Both the position numbers and the translations under genes were made by a program. Of a stretch of DNA of 64,000 bases, positions 36,601 to 48,139 are shown piece after piece (position 1 is the first letter of the stretch; every line of letters starts with the position of its first letter). The notes under the pieces were generated by a model. That model saw nothing but the letters and a program-made list of their open reading frames with translations, was not told the DNA's origin and ran no database searches. The DNA comes from Squalus acanthias (taxonomy: Eukaryota), in contig JASTWF010000033.1 of NCBI GenBank assembly GCA_030390025.1, positions 746,001 through 810,000 of the forward strand, in the 5' to 3' direction.

Positions 36601-39600
36601 TTGTCCATTTTATCAGGTAGAATAAAAAGCAGCATATTATCTAAATGGTGAGAGATTGCAGAGCTCTGAGATGCAGAGGGATCTGGTTGTACTAGTGCAT
36701 GAATCGCAAAAGGTTACTATGCAGGTAAAGCAAGTAATTAGAAAAGCTTATAACATGTTATCGTTTATACCGAGGGGACTTGAATACAAAAGTAGGGAGG
36801 TTATGCTTCATTTATACAGGGCATTGGTGAGACCACATCTCGAGTACTGTGTACAGTATTGGTCTCCTTATTTAAGGAAGGATGTAAATGCGTTGGAAGC
36901 AGTTCATAGAAGGATTACTAGACTAATACCTGGAATGGGCGGGTTGTCAGATGAGAAAAGATTGGACAGGCTAGGCTTGTATCCGCTGGAGATTAGAAGT
37001 ATAAGAGGTGACTTTATTGAAACATATAAGATCTTGAGGGGTCTGGAGAGGGTGGGTGTGGAGATGATATTTCCTCTGCTTTGAGAATCTAGAACTAGTG
37101 GTCACTGTTTGAAAATAATTGGTCGCCCATTTAAGACATAGATGAGATTTTTTTTCTCACAGAGGGTCGTGAATCTTTGGAACTCTCTTCCTCCAGAGGG
37201 CGGTGGAAGAAGAGTCTTTGAATATTTTTAAGGCAGAGTTAAATAGATTATTGATAAGCAAGGGGGTGAAAGGTTATCGGTGGTAGGCGAGAATGTGCAG
37301 TAATCGGATCAGCCATGATCTTTTTGAATGGCGGAACAGGCTCGAGGGGCCGAGTGGCCTACTCCTGCTCCTAATTCGTATGTACTAAATTAGTACTTTG
37401 GATCTGTCTGCACCAAGGAAGAGCATGCTGCCATAGACATGGTGAAGGAGGAGGTAGTAGAGACACTTGATAAGATAAAAATTGATAAAGTAGAGGTATT
37501 AGAAAGGCTGGCTGTACATAAAGTAGTTAAATCACCGGGAGCAGATGGGATGCATCCTAGGATACTAAGGGAATTGAGGTCGGAAATCGCGAAGGTACCA
37601 GAGGACTGGAGAATTGCAAATGTTACACCATTGTTGAAAAAGGGGTGTAAAGATAAAACCCAGCAACTACAGGCCAGTCACTTTAACCTCGGTAGTGGTC
37701 CAGCTTTTAGAATCAGTAATCTGGGACAAAATCAACAGGCACTTGGATAGGGGTGGATTAATTAACGAAAGCCAGCACGGATTTTTAAAGGCAAATCATG
37801 TTTCTCCAACTTGATCGAAATTTTTGATGAGGTAACAGACAGAGTTGATGAGGCTAATGCGGTTAACATAGTGTACATGGATTTCCAAAAGGCGTTCGAC
37901 AAAGTGCCACATAATAGGTTTGCCAGCAAATTTGTAGCCCATGGAATAAAAGGGACACTGGCAGCCTGGATACGAAATTGGCTAAGTGACAAGAAACAGA
38001 GAATAGTGGTGAACGGATGTTTTTCGGATGGAAGGATGGTATACAATGGTGTTCCCCAGTGGTCGGTTCTAGGACCACTGCTTTTCTTGATATGTATTCA
38101 TGACTTGGACGTAGGTGTACAGACCACAATTTCAAAATTTGCAGATGACACAAAACTTGGAAGTATAGTGAACAGTGATGAGGATAGTGATAGACTTCAA
38201 CAATATATAGACAGGCTGGTGAAGGTGGCAGGGCAGGTTGCAAAAGCAGTTAAAAAAGCTTACGGGATTCTGGGCTTCATAAGTATAGAGTATAGGGTAC
38301 AAGAGTATGGAAATTATGATAAACGTGTATAAAACACTGGTTAGACCCTAACAGAAGTACTGTTTTCAATTCTGGGCACCACTCTTTAGGAAGGATATGA
38401 AGGCCTTAGAGAGGGCGCAGAAAATATTTACGAGAATGATTCCAGGAATGAGGGACTTCAGTTACGTTGATAGACTGGAGAAGTAGGAATTGTTCTCCTT
38501 GGAGCAGAGATAATTGAGAGGAGATTTGTTAGAGGTGTTCAAAATCATGAGGGGTCTGGACGGAGTAGAGAGAGAGAAACTGTTCTCATTGGCAGAAGGG
38601 GCGAGAACCAGAGGATACAGATTTAAGGTGATTGGCAAAACAAATACAGGCGACGTAAGAAAAAACTTTTTTATACAGTGAATGGTATGATCTGGAATGC
38701 ACTGCCTGAAAGGGTGGTGGAGGCAGACTCAATTTTATCTTTCAAGAAGGAGTTGGATAAGTATGTAAAGAGGAAAAAATGCAGGGCTACAGGGAAAGGG
38801 CAAGGGAGTGGGACTCCCTGAGAGTCGGCACGAGATCGACGGGCCGAATTGCCTTCATCCGTGCTGTAACCATTCTATGATTCTATGATTCTAACATTTA
38901 GTTAACAGTACCCACAACATAACTCGGTTTAAAGTAATTATGAAAAGAGACCAGAAAATGTCGAATCTAAAAATGCTAACCTATGGATGAGATAATTTCA
39001 GTAATTTAAGAATCTAGCAAAAGTAGATTGGAAAATGCGATTGCAGGGTAAATCAGTAACGGAGCAATGGGTGCATTCAGGGGAGAGATAGTTCAGGTAA
39101 CACCAAGGCATATTCCTTTGAAGGGAAAAGATAGAGCATCCAAAGCTAACGCGCACCTGGATTAAAAAATAAATAAAAGTTAAAATAAGACAGAAAAAGG
39201 AGGCTTATGACAAATATCAGGAGCAAGATTCAGTTGATAACCATGAAGATTATGAAAAGTACAGGAAGGAATTGAAAACAAGTTAATTCGTGAGGCAAAG
39301 AGAGGTTACGAGAAAAGATTAGCAAGCAGACATTAAATTGAACGCTATTTTTTTTCATAAACATATAAAGTGTAAGCAGTTTACTCGGAAAAATTTGGGC
39401 CTATTAAGGAACCAAAGGGAAATCTTCATGCAGAGACAGAGGACATGGCAAAAGTATTAAATGAGTACTTTGCATCTATCCTCACAAAGGAAGTGGATGA
39501 TGTGAAGGTTACATTAAAGATGAGAGGGTGGTTATGGACAGGATAATAATAGAAAATGAAGATGTACTAACGAGATTAGTATTACACAAAGCTGGTAATT

Positions 39601-40328
39601 CACCTGGTACAGATGGAAAGCATCCTAGGTTGCTGAAAGAAGTAAATGTAGAAATAGCAGGGCATTGGTCATATTCTTTCAACCCTCATTGGATACAGAA
39701 GTAGTGCCGCTATATCACTATTGAAGAAAGGGGAGAGGGATAAACCAGGAAACTACAGGACAGCCAGCCTAACATCGATGGTGGAGAAGATATTGGAAAC
39801 CATTATCAGGGATAAATTAAACTATCATTTGCAAAGGCATACGTTAATCAAGGAGAGCCAGGATGGATTTGTTAAAGGTTAATCGTCTTTGGCGAACCTG
39901 ATTGAATTCTTTGACGAGGTAACAGAAAAGGTGGATAAAGAGAGTGCATTAGATGTTGTATATATGAACTTTGGTAAGGAGTTCTTCAAAAGGCAACACA
40001 GGAGACTTATTAAGAAGATCGAAGCCCATGGAATTAAGGGGAATTTGGCGGTATGGATAAAAAAATGGCTCAGTGACAGGAAGCAATGGGTGGTGGTGGC
40101 TGGATTTTTTTTCAGACAGGGAGGTGGATTACAGTGTGGTTCCCCAAGGGTCAGTTTTGGGTTCATTACAAATTTCATTTTTTATAAATGAACTAAACAA
40201 ACTTATACAGTTTGCACATGATACGAAACTTGGCAAAGTAGTAGATCACGATAAGGATAGGCAAAGACTTTAGTCTGACTTAGATGATGAAATGGCATGG
40301 CAAATGGAGTTCAAAGCAGAGAACTGTG
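33601..40328 (+). mobile_element. Three nested + strand CR1 copies (outer 33601-33812/38894-40328; middle 33813-34550/37383-38893; inner ~34580-37382)
   Basis: ORF2 homology restarts twice and later resumes. The inner copy is bounded by TACTA (34546-34550, 37383-37387). The middle copy ends in (ttctatga)n at ~38893. Confidence 0.8.
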
Positions 40329-43300
40329 AACATAGGGGAATAGACACAGGAGAAAACCATTTAGCCCTCGTGCCGTTCCGCCATTGAATGAGATCATGGC
40401 TGATCTGCTAACAAACTCCACATACCCGCCTTTGCCCCATACCCCATAAAACCTTTGGTTAACAAACTCTATGAATCTCAGATTTAAAATTAACAATTGA
40501 TCTAGCATTAATCACCGTTTGTGAAAGAGAGTTCCAAACTTCTACCACCATATGTGTGTAGAAGTTTTTCCTGATTTCACTCCTGAACGGTCTGGCTCTA
40601 ATTTTTAGATTAAGCCTCTGAGCCCTAGAATACCCAACCAGAGGAAATAGTTCATCCCTATCTGTTTTTATTCATTTATGGGATGAGGGCATCGCTGGCA
40701 AGGCCAGCATTTATTGTCCAACCCTAAATGCCCTTGAGAAGGTGATGGTGAGCCGCTTTCTGGAACCGCTCCGGTCTACGTTGTGAAGGTACCCCCATGA
40801 ACTGTTAGAGAGGGAGTTCCAGGACTTTGACACAGCGACGATGAAGGATCGGTGATATATTTCCGAGTCAGGATGGTGTGTGACTTGGAGGGGAACTTCC
40901 AGGCGATGGTGTTCCCATGCGCATGCTGCCCTTGTCCTCCAAGGTGGTAGAGGTCGCGGGTTTGGGAGGTGCTGCCGAAGAAGCCTTGGCGAGTTGGTGC
41001 AGTGCATCTTGTATATGGTACACACTGCAGCCACGGTACGCCGATGGTGGAGGGAGTGAATATTTAAGGTGTTGGCTGGGGTGCCAGTCAATCGGGCTGC
41101 TTTGTCCTGGATGGTGTCGAGCTTCTTGTGTGTTGCTGGAGCTGTACTCATCCAGGCAATTGGGAGTATGGCATCACACTCCTGACTTGTGCCTTGTGGA
41201 TGGTGGAAAGGCTTTGGGAGTCAATAGGTGAGACACTGGGTGCAGAATTGCAAACTTCTAACCTGCTCTTATTGCCACGGTATTTATGTGGCTGGTCCAG
41301 TTAAGTTTCTGATAAATGGTGACATTCAGGATGTTGATGTTGGTGGATCCAGAGATGTTGGTTATTCTCTCGTTGGTGGGAGAATGTCATTGACTGAAAC
41401 TTGTGTGGCGCAAATGCTACTTGTCACTTATTAGCCCAAGCCTGATTGTCGTCCAGGTCTTGCTGCATGCGGGCATGGACTGCTTCATGATTTCAGGAGT
41501 TGCGAATGCCACTGAAATATGTGCAGTTGTCGGCGATCAACACCACTTCTGCCTTTATGATGGAGGGAAGTTCATTGTTGAAACAGCTGAAGATGGTGGA
41601 ACCTAGGACACTGCCCTGAGGAATTCCTGTAATGATGTCCTGGGGCTGTGATGATGGACCTCCAACCACCATAACCATCTTCCTTTGTGCAGTGTATGAT
41701 TCCAGCCAGTTGAGAGTTTGCCCCCTGATTACCATTGACATCAGTTTTAATCGGGCTACTTCATGTCACACTCGGTCAAATCCTGCCTTAATGTGAAGGG
41801 CAGTCAATCTCACCTCTCTTCTGGAATTCAGTACTTTTGTCCATGTTTGGACCAAAGCTCTAATGAGGTCTGGAGCCGTGTGGTCCTGGCAGAACACAAA
41901 CTGGGCATCGGTGAGCAGGTAATTGGCGAGTAAGTGGCACTTGATAGCACTGTTGACGACACCTTCCATCATTTTGCTGATGATTGAGAGTAGACTGATG
42001 GGGCGGTAATTGGCTGGATTGAATTTGCCCTGCTTTTTGTGGACAGGACACACCTGGGCAGTTTTCCACATTGTCGGATAAATGCCAGTGTTGTAGCTGT
42101 ACTGGAATAGCTTGGCTAGAGGCGCGGCCATTTCTGGAGAACACGTCTTCAGGACGACAGCCGGGTTGTTGTCGGGGCCCATAGCCTTTGCTGTATCCAG
42201 TATGCACAGCCGTTTCTTGAAATCACGTGGAGTGTATAGAATTTGCTTAAGACTGGCTTCTGCGACGGCGGCGACCTCAGGAATAGGCCGATATGAATCA
42301 TTCACTCGGTACTTCTGGCTGAAGATGGTTGCAAACTCTTGCGCCTTGTCTTGTGCACTCACGCGCTGGACTCCGCTATCATTAAGGATGGGAATATTCA
42401 TGGAGCCTGATCCTTCCTTTAATTGTTTAAATGCCCACCACCATTCACGACTGGATGTGACAGGACTGCAGAGCTTTGATCTGATCCTTTGATTGTGAGA
42501 TCGCTTAGCCCTGTCTCTAGCGAGCTGCTTCCGCTTTTTAGCATGCATGTAGTCCTGTGTTGCAGCTTTCCTAGGTTGGCACCTCATTTTTAGGTACGCC
42601 TCGTGCTGCTCCTGGCATGCTCTTGCACACTCATTATTGAACCAGGGTTGTTCACCTCGCTTGATCGTATTGGTAGAGTGAGGGATATGCCGGGCCATGA
42701 GGTTACGGATTGTGGTGGAATACAATTCTGCTGCTGCTGATGGCCCACAGCGCCTCATTGGTTCACAGTTTTGAGCTGTTAGATCTATTCCGAATCTATC
42801 CCATTTAGCACGGTGGCAGTGTCGCAAAACACGATGGAGGGTGTCCTCAGTGTATAGACGGGACTTTGTCTCCACATTGACTGTGCGGTGGTCACTGCTA
42901 CAAATGTTGTCATGGACAGATGCATCTGCGAGAGGTACATGGGTGAGGACGAGGTCAAGTAGGTTTTACCCTCATGTTGGTTCTCTTACCACCTGCCGCA
43001 GGTCCAGGCTGGCAGTTTAGGACACGGCCTGCTCGGTCAGTAGTGGTGCTACCGGTCCAATCTTGATGATGACATTGAAGTCACCCATCCAGAGCACGTT
43101 CTATACCCTTGCTAATCTCAGTGTTTTGTGTAAGTGGTGTTCAACATGGAGGAGTACTGATTCATCAGCTGAGGGAGTGTGGTATGTCGTAATCAGCAGG
43201 AGTTTTCCTTTCCCATGCTTGATCTGAAGACTTCATGGATTCCGTAGTCAATGTTGAGGTCTCCCAGGGCCACTCCCTCCAGACTGTATACCACTGTGCC

Positions 43301-43720
43301 GCCACGCCTATTAGGTTTGTCCTGCCGTTGGGACAGGACATACCAGGGATGGTGATGAAGGAGTCTGGGACACTATCTGTTCCCCTTAATATCTTGAAAA
43401 CATCGATCAAATCACCCCTTAACCTTCTAAATTCTAGGTAATACAACCTAATTGTGTAATCGCTCCTCGTAATTTAACCATTGGATTTCCGGTATAATTC
43501 TGGTAAATCTACTCTGCACTCCCTCCAAGGCTAATATATCCTTCATAGGATTTGATACCTGGAACTGCTCACATTACTCCAGATGTGGTGTAAACAAGGT
43601 TTTGTATAGCTGTAGCATAACTTCTACCTCTTGTACTCTCGTCCTGTAGATATAAACGCCAAGATTCGATTAGCCTTTGTCATTATTGACTGTACCTGTT
43701 CATTACATTTTAGTAATCTA
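40329..43720 (-). mobile_element. CR1 3' fragment split by a second LINE family
   Basis: CR1 3' UTR at 40329; RRLRGDLIDVFKILRG resumes at ~43380-43440. Confidence 0.8.
40667..43372 (-). mobile_element. LINE of a distinct family (EN-RT, CR1/L2 group), 5' truncated
   Basis: 369-aa ORF 41766-42875 (KAMGPDN, NYRPISLLSIISKMMEG) and GIPQGSVLG; TSD CTATCTGTT at 40658-40666 and 43373-43381. Confidence 0.88.
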
Positions 43721-43853
43721 TGCTCTAATTTTCTATGAATCTATAATAACTGGATATCTTAAACTGTACGTTATTATTAATATCAGTAATAGTGTTATTA
43801 ATCATACTGGGGAATTACTCTGATTCCTGTTATTTCTCTCACTCTGATCCCAG

Positions 43854-44021
43854 GCTGTATAATAACGGTCTCACAGATTCTTGTATCGAGGATCTCGTCT
43901 CCGCTGTCAGTACAAACCGATCACTGACGGATCTGACCATGGGAGCAAATCGCTTCACAGACCGATCTGTCCCCGCTCTCCGAAACCTGATACTGACCTG
44001 CAGGAGTCTGAAATGGATGGC
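43854..44021 (+). CDS. NLR LRR exon (168 nt)
   Basis: LYNNGLTDSCIEDLVSAVSTNRSLTDLTMGANRFTDRSVPALRNLILTCRSLKWM; cccag acceptor, GTGAGT donor. Confidence 0.9.
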
Positions 44022-44193
44022 GTGAGTGTTTTTGTTAATGTTTAATGTAATAAATAAAATATAAATGGGATTCAGTCACTTTATTGAGTAATATTTTTCT
44101 GTAATTATTATAGAAATATTAACCCCAGTCTTCCTGTTATTTACATTTTTGTTCAATCTGTTTATTTCCTGTTTAATATTTATCCTGTTTCAG

Positions 44194-44281
44194 GCTGAAG
44201 GGGAATCAGTTCAGTTCAACAGGAGAGAAACAGCTGAAGTCACTGCAAGGAACAAGACGCGGTCTGAGAGTGGATGTGTAA
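44194..44281 (+). CDS. NLR terminal coding exon (LKGNQFSSTGEKQLKSLQGTRRGLRVDV*)
   Basis: tcctgtttcag acceptor; phase 2 continues into an LxxNxF LRR cap; TAA at 44279-44281. Confidence 0.85.
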
Positions 44282-46319
44282 ACATTTCAATTGATGACCA
44301 TCACTGGTCTCATTATATGATTATTTTGGCCGATTTTGTGTTCCTCCCATTTAAGCGGCTGTGCTCCGGGTATAAGTCCTACCGGCCCCTTCAAGGGTTT
44401 CCAGCTCGAGCTGAGCGCGCGTCATCTCCCATTGTGAGGTCAGAGGCCCAGCCACAGGGTCACGAGACTCAGCCGCTCGGCCCCACAGCGCTGGTTCTGC
44501 AGGATATCCGGGGCTGAATGTTCCCCAGTGGGGCACTGGTGAAAAGCACAGACAGGAAGGTCCCAGGGTGGGGCTCAGTTTGGGTTGCAGTGGGACACTG
44601 ACAATTGCACTCAGTATTCCTGAGTTTGGGGGTAACATTTACCTGGGTTCCCGCTCAGTATTAGTGCCCAATGACACTGCAAGGAAATTAACCTGTGTGG
44701 TTTCAGGATAGGGACTGGCTCTGTTTAGTTGGGTTGGATCCCACTATCCAATAGGGCATAACACCCAATGTCTTCGTTCACCAATGGAGTGTAAACTATT
44801 GGGGGAGGTTCCTAACCCGTAGAATCGATCTCCAGGATGGGTCTGCATGAGGTGGGGAGAAATCGGGAAAGTGCCAGCTGGGGGTCCCGCTGCTCTGTGC
44901 GGGCGACCCTGAACTTTCCGTTTTCTGGCACCAAAACGGGAGGAGGTACTGGTGTTACCACGGAAATGTAACCCCGTGTGGTAACTGCGGGTAAAGTTTA
45001 AAATGGAATCCCGTCAGAATACGACCTCCGACCACGAGATTGTGAAAAAATCTGATGTTCCGTGAAACGTCCTGAGGAAACAGGCGCCGTTGAACGGACT
45101 TGCTGTCACCCGCAGTCATGGGCTTTTTGTAATGTTTCCGACTTTGTTAACCTTCGCCTCTGTATCACTGCCTTATGGATTATGTAACGGCACTTATGAG
45201 AAGTGTTATCGTGTGATTTTGAATTAAATGGTGCATTAACTTAAAAGGTGCAATTCAGGTCTACTTACCCACATGAAATTTGAGAATAATTTCAGATAGT
45301 TTTGGCAAGAAAGCTAACACCAGAGAAATCTGAGTGCGGGTCAGAAGCAGCTCACCTGAGGGAAAATTCAGAGAGAGCCAGCTCAACGATGGATCGATTG
45401 ATCCTTCGCCCCAATATTCAGTTAAGTCGGCTAATTTGCATGTCAGGCCGAGTTCACCAGCTTCTTGGCCAGGAACCTTACCATGGACCCCGGCCATAAG
45501 GTCCAGCTGGGACAGGGCGACTTTCACAGTCACAAAGGGGGAAAGGACACTGGGTGCCCAGTACTGGTGCAATGGGAGAGTGTACAAACACATCAACGTG
45601 TCCCCAAGTTGGGAAAGAATGTCAGGCCTGCATCACTGGTGCAGACCCTGCAGAACTCACAGTGGCCGCGCACTGAGCGTTCGCCAGCGTCCTGGCGGCA
45701 CCTGATCCCACAGAAGTCCCATTATTTTGACAGCGATGCAGTGCTGGACGACCGTGGGAGGACCATTTACTGCCTGACCGCATGAGAAGAGAGGGAATGA
45801 GAGAGCACAGATGAATGGAAGAGCGAGAGAGAGAGAGAAGAGCTGCAGGCTGTGATCAGGCATGCAAGCAAGCAGCGGATTACGATGGGGAGAGAGTAAT
45901 TGGAGAATTGTGAAACGTTTATACCAGCGGAACACAGCACACCCAGGAAAGCTACCCCCAACTGCAGCCCAGTGAACATGTTGTTGAAAGAGAAATCACC
46001 CTATCAATCTCTCCCGAGACCGGGCCGTATGCTGTGTTCTGTGTTGAGTCAACTTGAAGCGCAGGCTCCACTCCTGGTGACGCCCTTCCTCCAATTTCTT
46101 TAAGTTTCAGCTTTGCAACCAGACTCACCCCAGAACCCAAAGGCTTTGGATTCACGGAAGTTGTTTGGCGGTTCATGGGAATATTGCGGCCGGATCACTT
46201 GTTTGCATCATTTATGGTGTGATCTCCGACAGTAACTGATTTTCTATCGAGTCGCCTATAAAATCCACGATCTCTAACACTCCCCCCAAAACGGAAACTT
46301 CTTGATTTTCTTATCAAGA

Positions 46320-47150
46320 CATCGCCCCCTCCTTTCATCCCCCAGTCTCTGCATTAGCGACTCCTCATCCTTGGTGATATCAAACTCTATTTGAACTCCA
46401 CCATTCCCTCATACTCTGTGCTCTGCTCTCCTGACTTCGCTCAATATTTCTCATATAAAGTCTTCTACCCATATTCACAACTGCCCTCTCGATGTTGCCA
46501 TCTCACTGGCCTGTCTACTATTGTCTCTACAACAGACAAGGTCATCTTTGATCACCTTTTCGTATCCCTCACTATCCACATTCCTCAGCCACTTTCAACA
46601 ACATTTCTTGTGGCTTATGCCACTGTAATAAACTTCCCCCTAAGTAATTTGCCATTGAAACTTTAAGCTGCCAGCCGTCTTGCGGTTGTCTCGCAATTCG
46701 CCATGATCCTTCTGTTGCTGTCGATGTTCTCCTCCCCCTTTGATGACCTGGACACCAGTAAAATCCTCACTCTCTCCAACCGACGCAGTTCCTTCTGGTA
46801 TGGCCCCATCTTCACTCAGTCAATTCCAAGCCGTACAGCCGGAAACGTATCCGGCGCACAACTGGTTCAGCCATCTATCGGCAGGTCTTCCTGAACCACA
46901 TCAAGCACTATCGGGCCCTGCTCTCCTCTGACAAAATTGTTCAGTATTCCAGGGTCACCTTAGAGAGCAAAGACACCCCCGATCTTATTGTCTCCCCTGC
47001 GAACTGAAACTCTTTCCCTCCGCTCAAACCGCCCTGACCTCCCACAAGAAGTGCTCTCGGGCTCGATATTTATCGTATCAGATTTCTGTGAAGCGCCAGT
47101 GGATGTTTTATTATGTTAAAGGCGCTATATAAATGACAGTTGTTGTCTTT
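46320..47150 (+). mobile_element. Degenerate L2 fragment
   Basis: LILGDIKL (EN-like) at ~46370 and L2 tail tgtgaagcg..gttaaaggcgctatataaat at 47087-47135. Confidence 0.6.
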
Positions 47151-47543
47151 GAAATTCCGACTTTCATTCTTGATTAATGAGAATATTTCTGGAAAATACT
47201 TTCACATTTTTTGATCTTGCCGCAGTCCAGGAATATCATTTCTAGCAGCCCAAAGTGACTGGACCTGGCCGTCCCTCCGAATCACGGCCGTTGTTCCCCA
47301 AACCGACAATAAAGAGCCGCAGTTCTATTCCATTACGCCAGATGGACTGTTCAGGTTCCCGGCCTGCTTTGGAAACTTTATTTGAAGTGAAAGGTTTGCG
47401 AACCCCAGGACACTGAAAGAAGAGGATCAAGGGAGCGCCCAGAGGCCGGGGCTGCGACAGGAGGTCGCTCGTCTCACTGCCGACCAGCAGCTCCATCCCA
47501 AGATCTAACTCCCAGCTTTTTAACTCTTATCGTTTATTTAATT

Positions 47544-47763
47544 GTGAGAAGTCGCACAACACCAGGTTATAGTCCAACAGTTTTATTTGAAATCACAAGC
47601 TTTCGGAGCGCTGCTCCTTCGTCAGGTGAAGTCTGACTTCACGTGACGAAGGAGCAGCGCTCCAAAAGCTTGTGATTTCAAATAAAACTGTTGGACTATA
47701 ACTTGGTGTTGTGCGACTTCTCACTTTTGTCCACCCAAGTCCAACACCGGCATCTCCGCATCA
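47544..47763. mobile_element. Palindromic Penelope-like terminal element with TSD
   Basis: 90-bp arms (47544-47633, 47635-47724) with 3 mismatches plus a short tail; TSD CGTTTATTTAAT at 47531-47542 and 47764-47775. Confidence 0.8.
47593..47629 (-). ncRNA. Minimal type-I hammerhead ribozyme (Penelope-associated)
   Basis: Minus strand: TCAC-CTGACGA-A-GGAGC-AGC-GCTCC-GAA-AGCT-T-GTGA, i.e. stem I, CUGANGA core, stem II, GAAA and a palindromic AGCU stem III. Confidence 0.7.
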
Positions 47764-48064
47764 CGTTTATTTAATGTAACAGACACAAACACTGGTATTC
47801 GTTCAAAATCAAACTGTAGGTGGCCACACACAGATACACACAGCCAGAGATACAGAGAGTATCGGAAAACAAGAGTTACTGACAAGGACAAAGAACATTA
47901 GACCATTGCCTGAACCCCTGTGGTCAATGAATGTTTTGATAGTTGACTTCCTTATTCATGTTGGAATTCAGGAGAACTTGGTTGTTTGTAGAACAATTTG
48001 AACCCCTGGGGCGGAACCAACGCTGCATCGCTGTATAAGCAACAAAGCTGCAGACTTTAACCAG

Positions 48065-48139
48065 GCTCGACTAGCCGAATCGGTACTGCATGAGTCTGTC
48101 AATGACCAGTAGTGGTTGGTTCGAGCTCCCCGTTGGGTG
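48065..48139 (+). pseudogene. tRNA-Lys(CTT)-derived pseudogene
   Basis: GCTCGACTAGCCGAATCGGTA..GCATGAG..GGTTCGAGCTCCCCGTTGGGTG aligns by eye to vertebrate tRNA-Lys-CTT; anticodon arm broken; T7 follows. Confidence 0.6.

Larger units (their letters stand above)
8623..44281 (+). pseudogene. NLR (CARD-like/NACHT/LRR; NLRP3/NLRC3-like) gene, 10 coding exons, +1 frameshift in Walker A; 963 aa if corrected
   Basis: Phase-compatible exons 8623-8686, 11832-11998, 14757-14928, 15032-15097, 20621-22359, 23787-23873, 24096-24266, 26753-26923, 43854-44021, 44194-44281 sum to 2893 nt (3n+1). No in-frame stops were seen once the extra A is removed. Gene versus pseudogene status depends on whether the extra A is real. 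Confidence 0.85.

Noticed and set aside
44530..44870. Structured ncRNA in the NLR 3' region
   Set aside because: Looks like a decayed SINE-like repeat; not enough evidence to name it or call an RNA gene.
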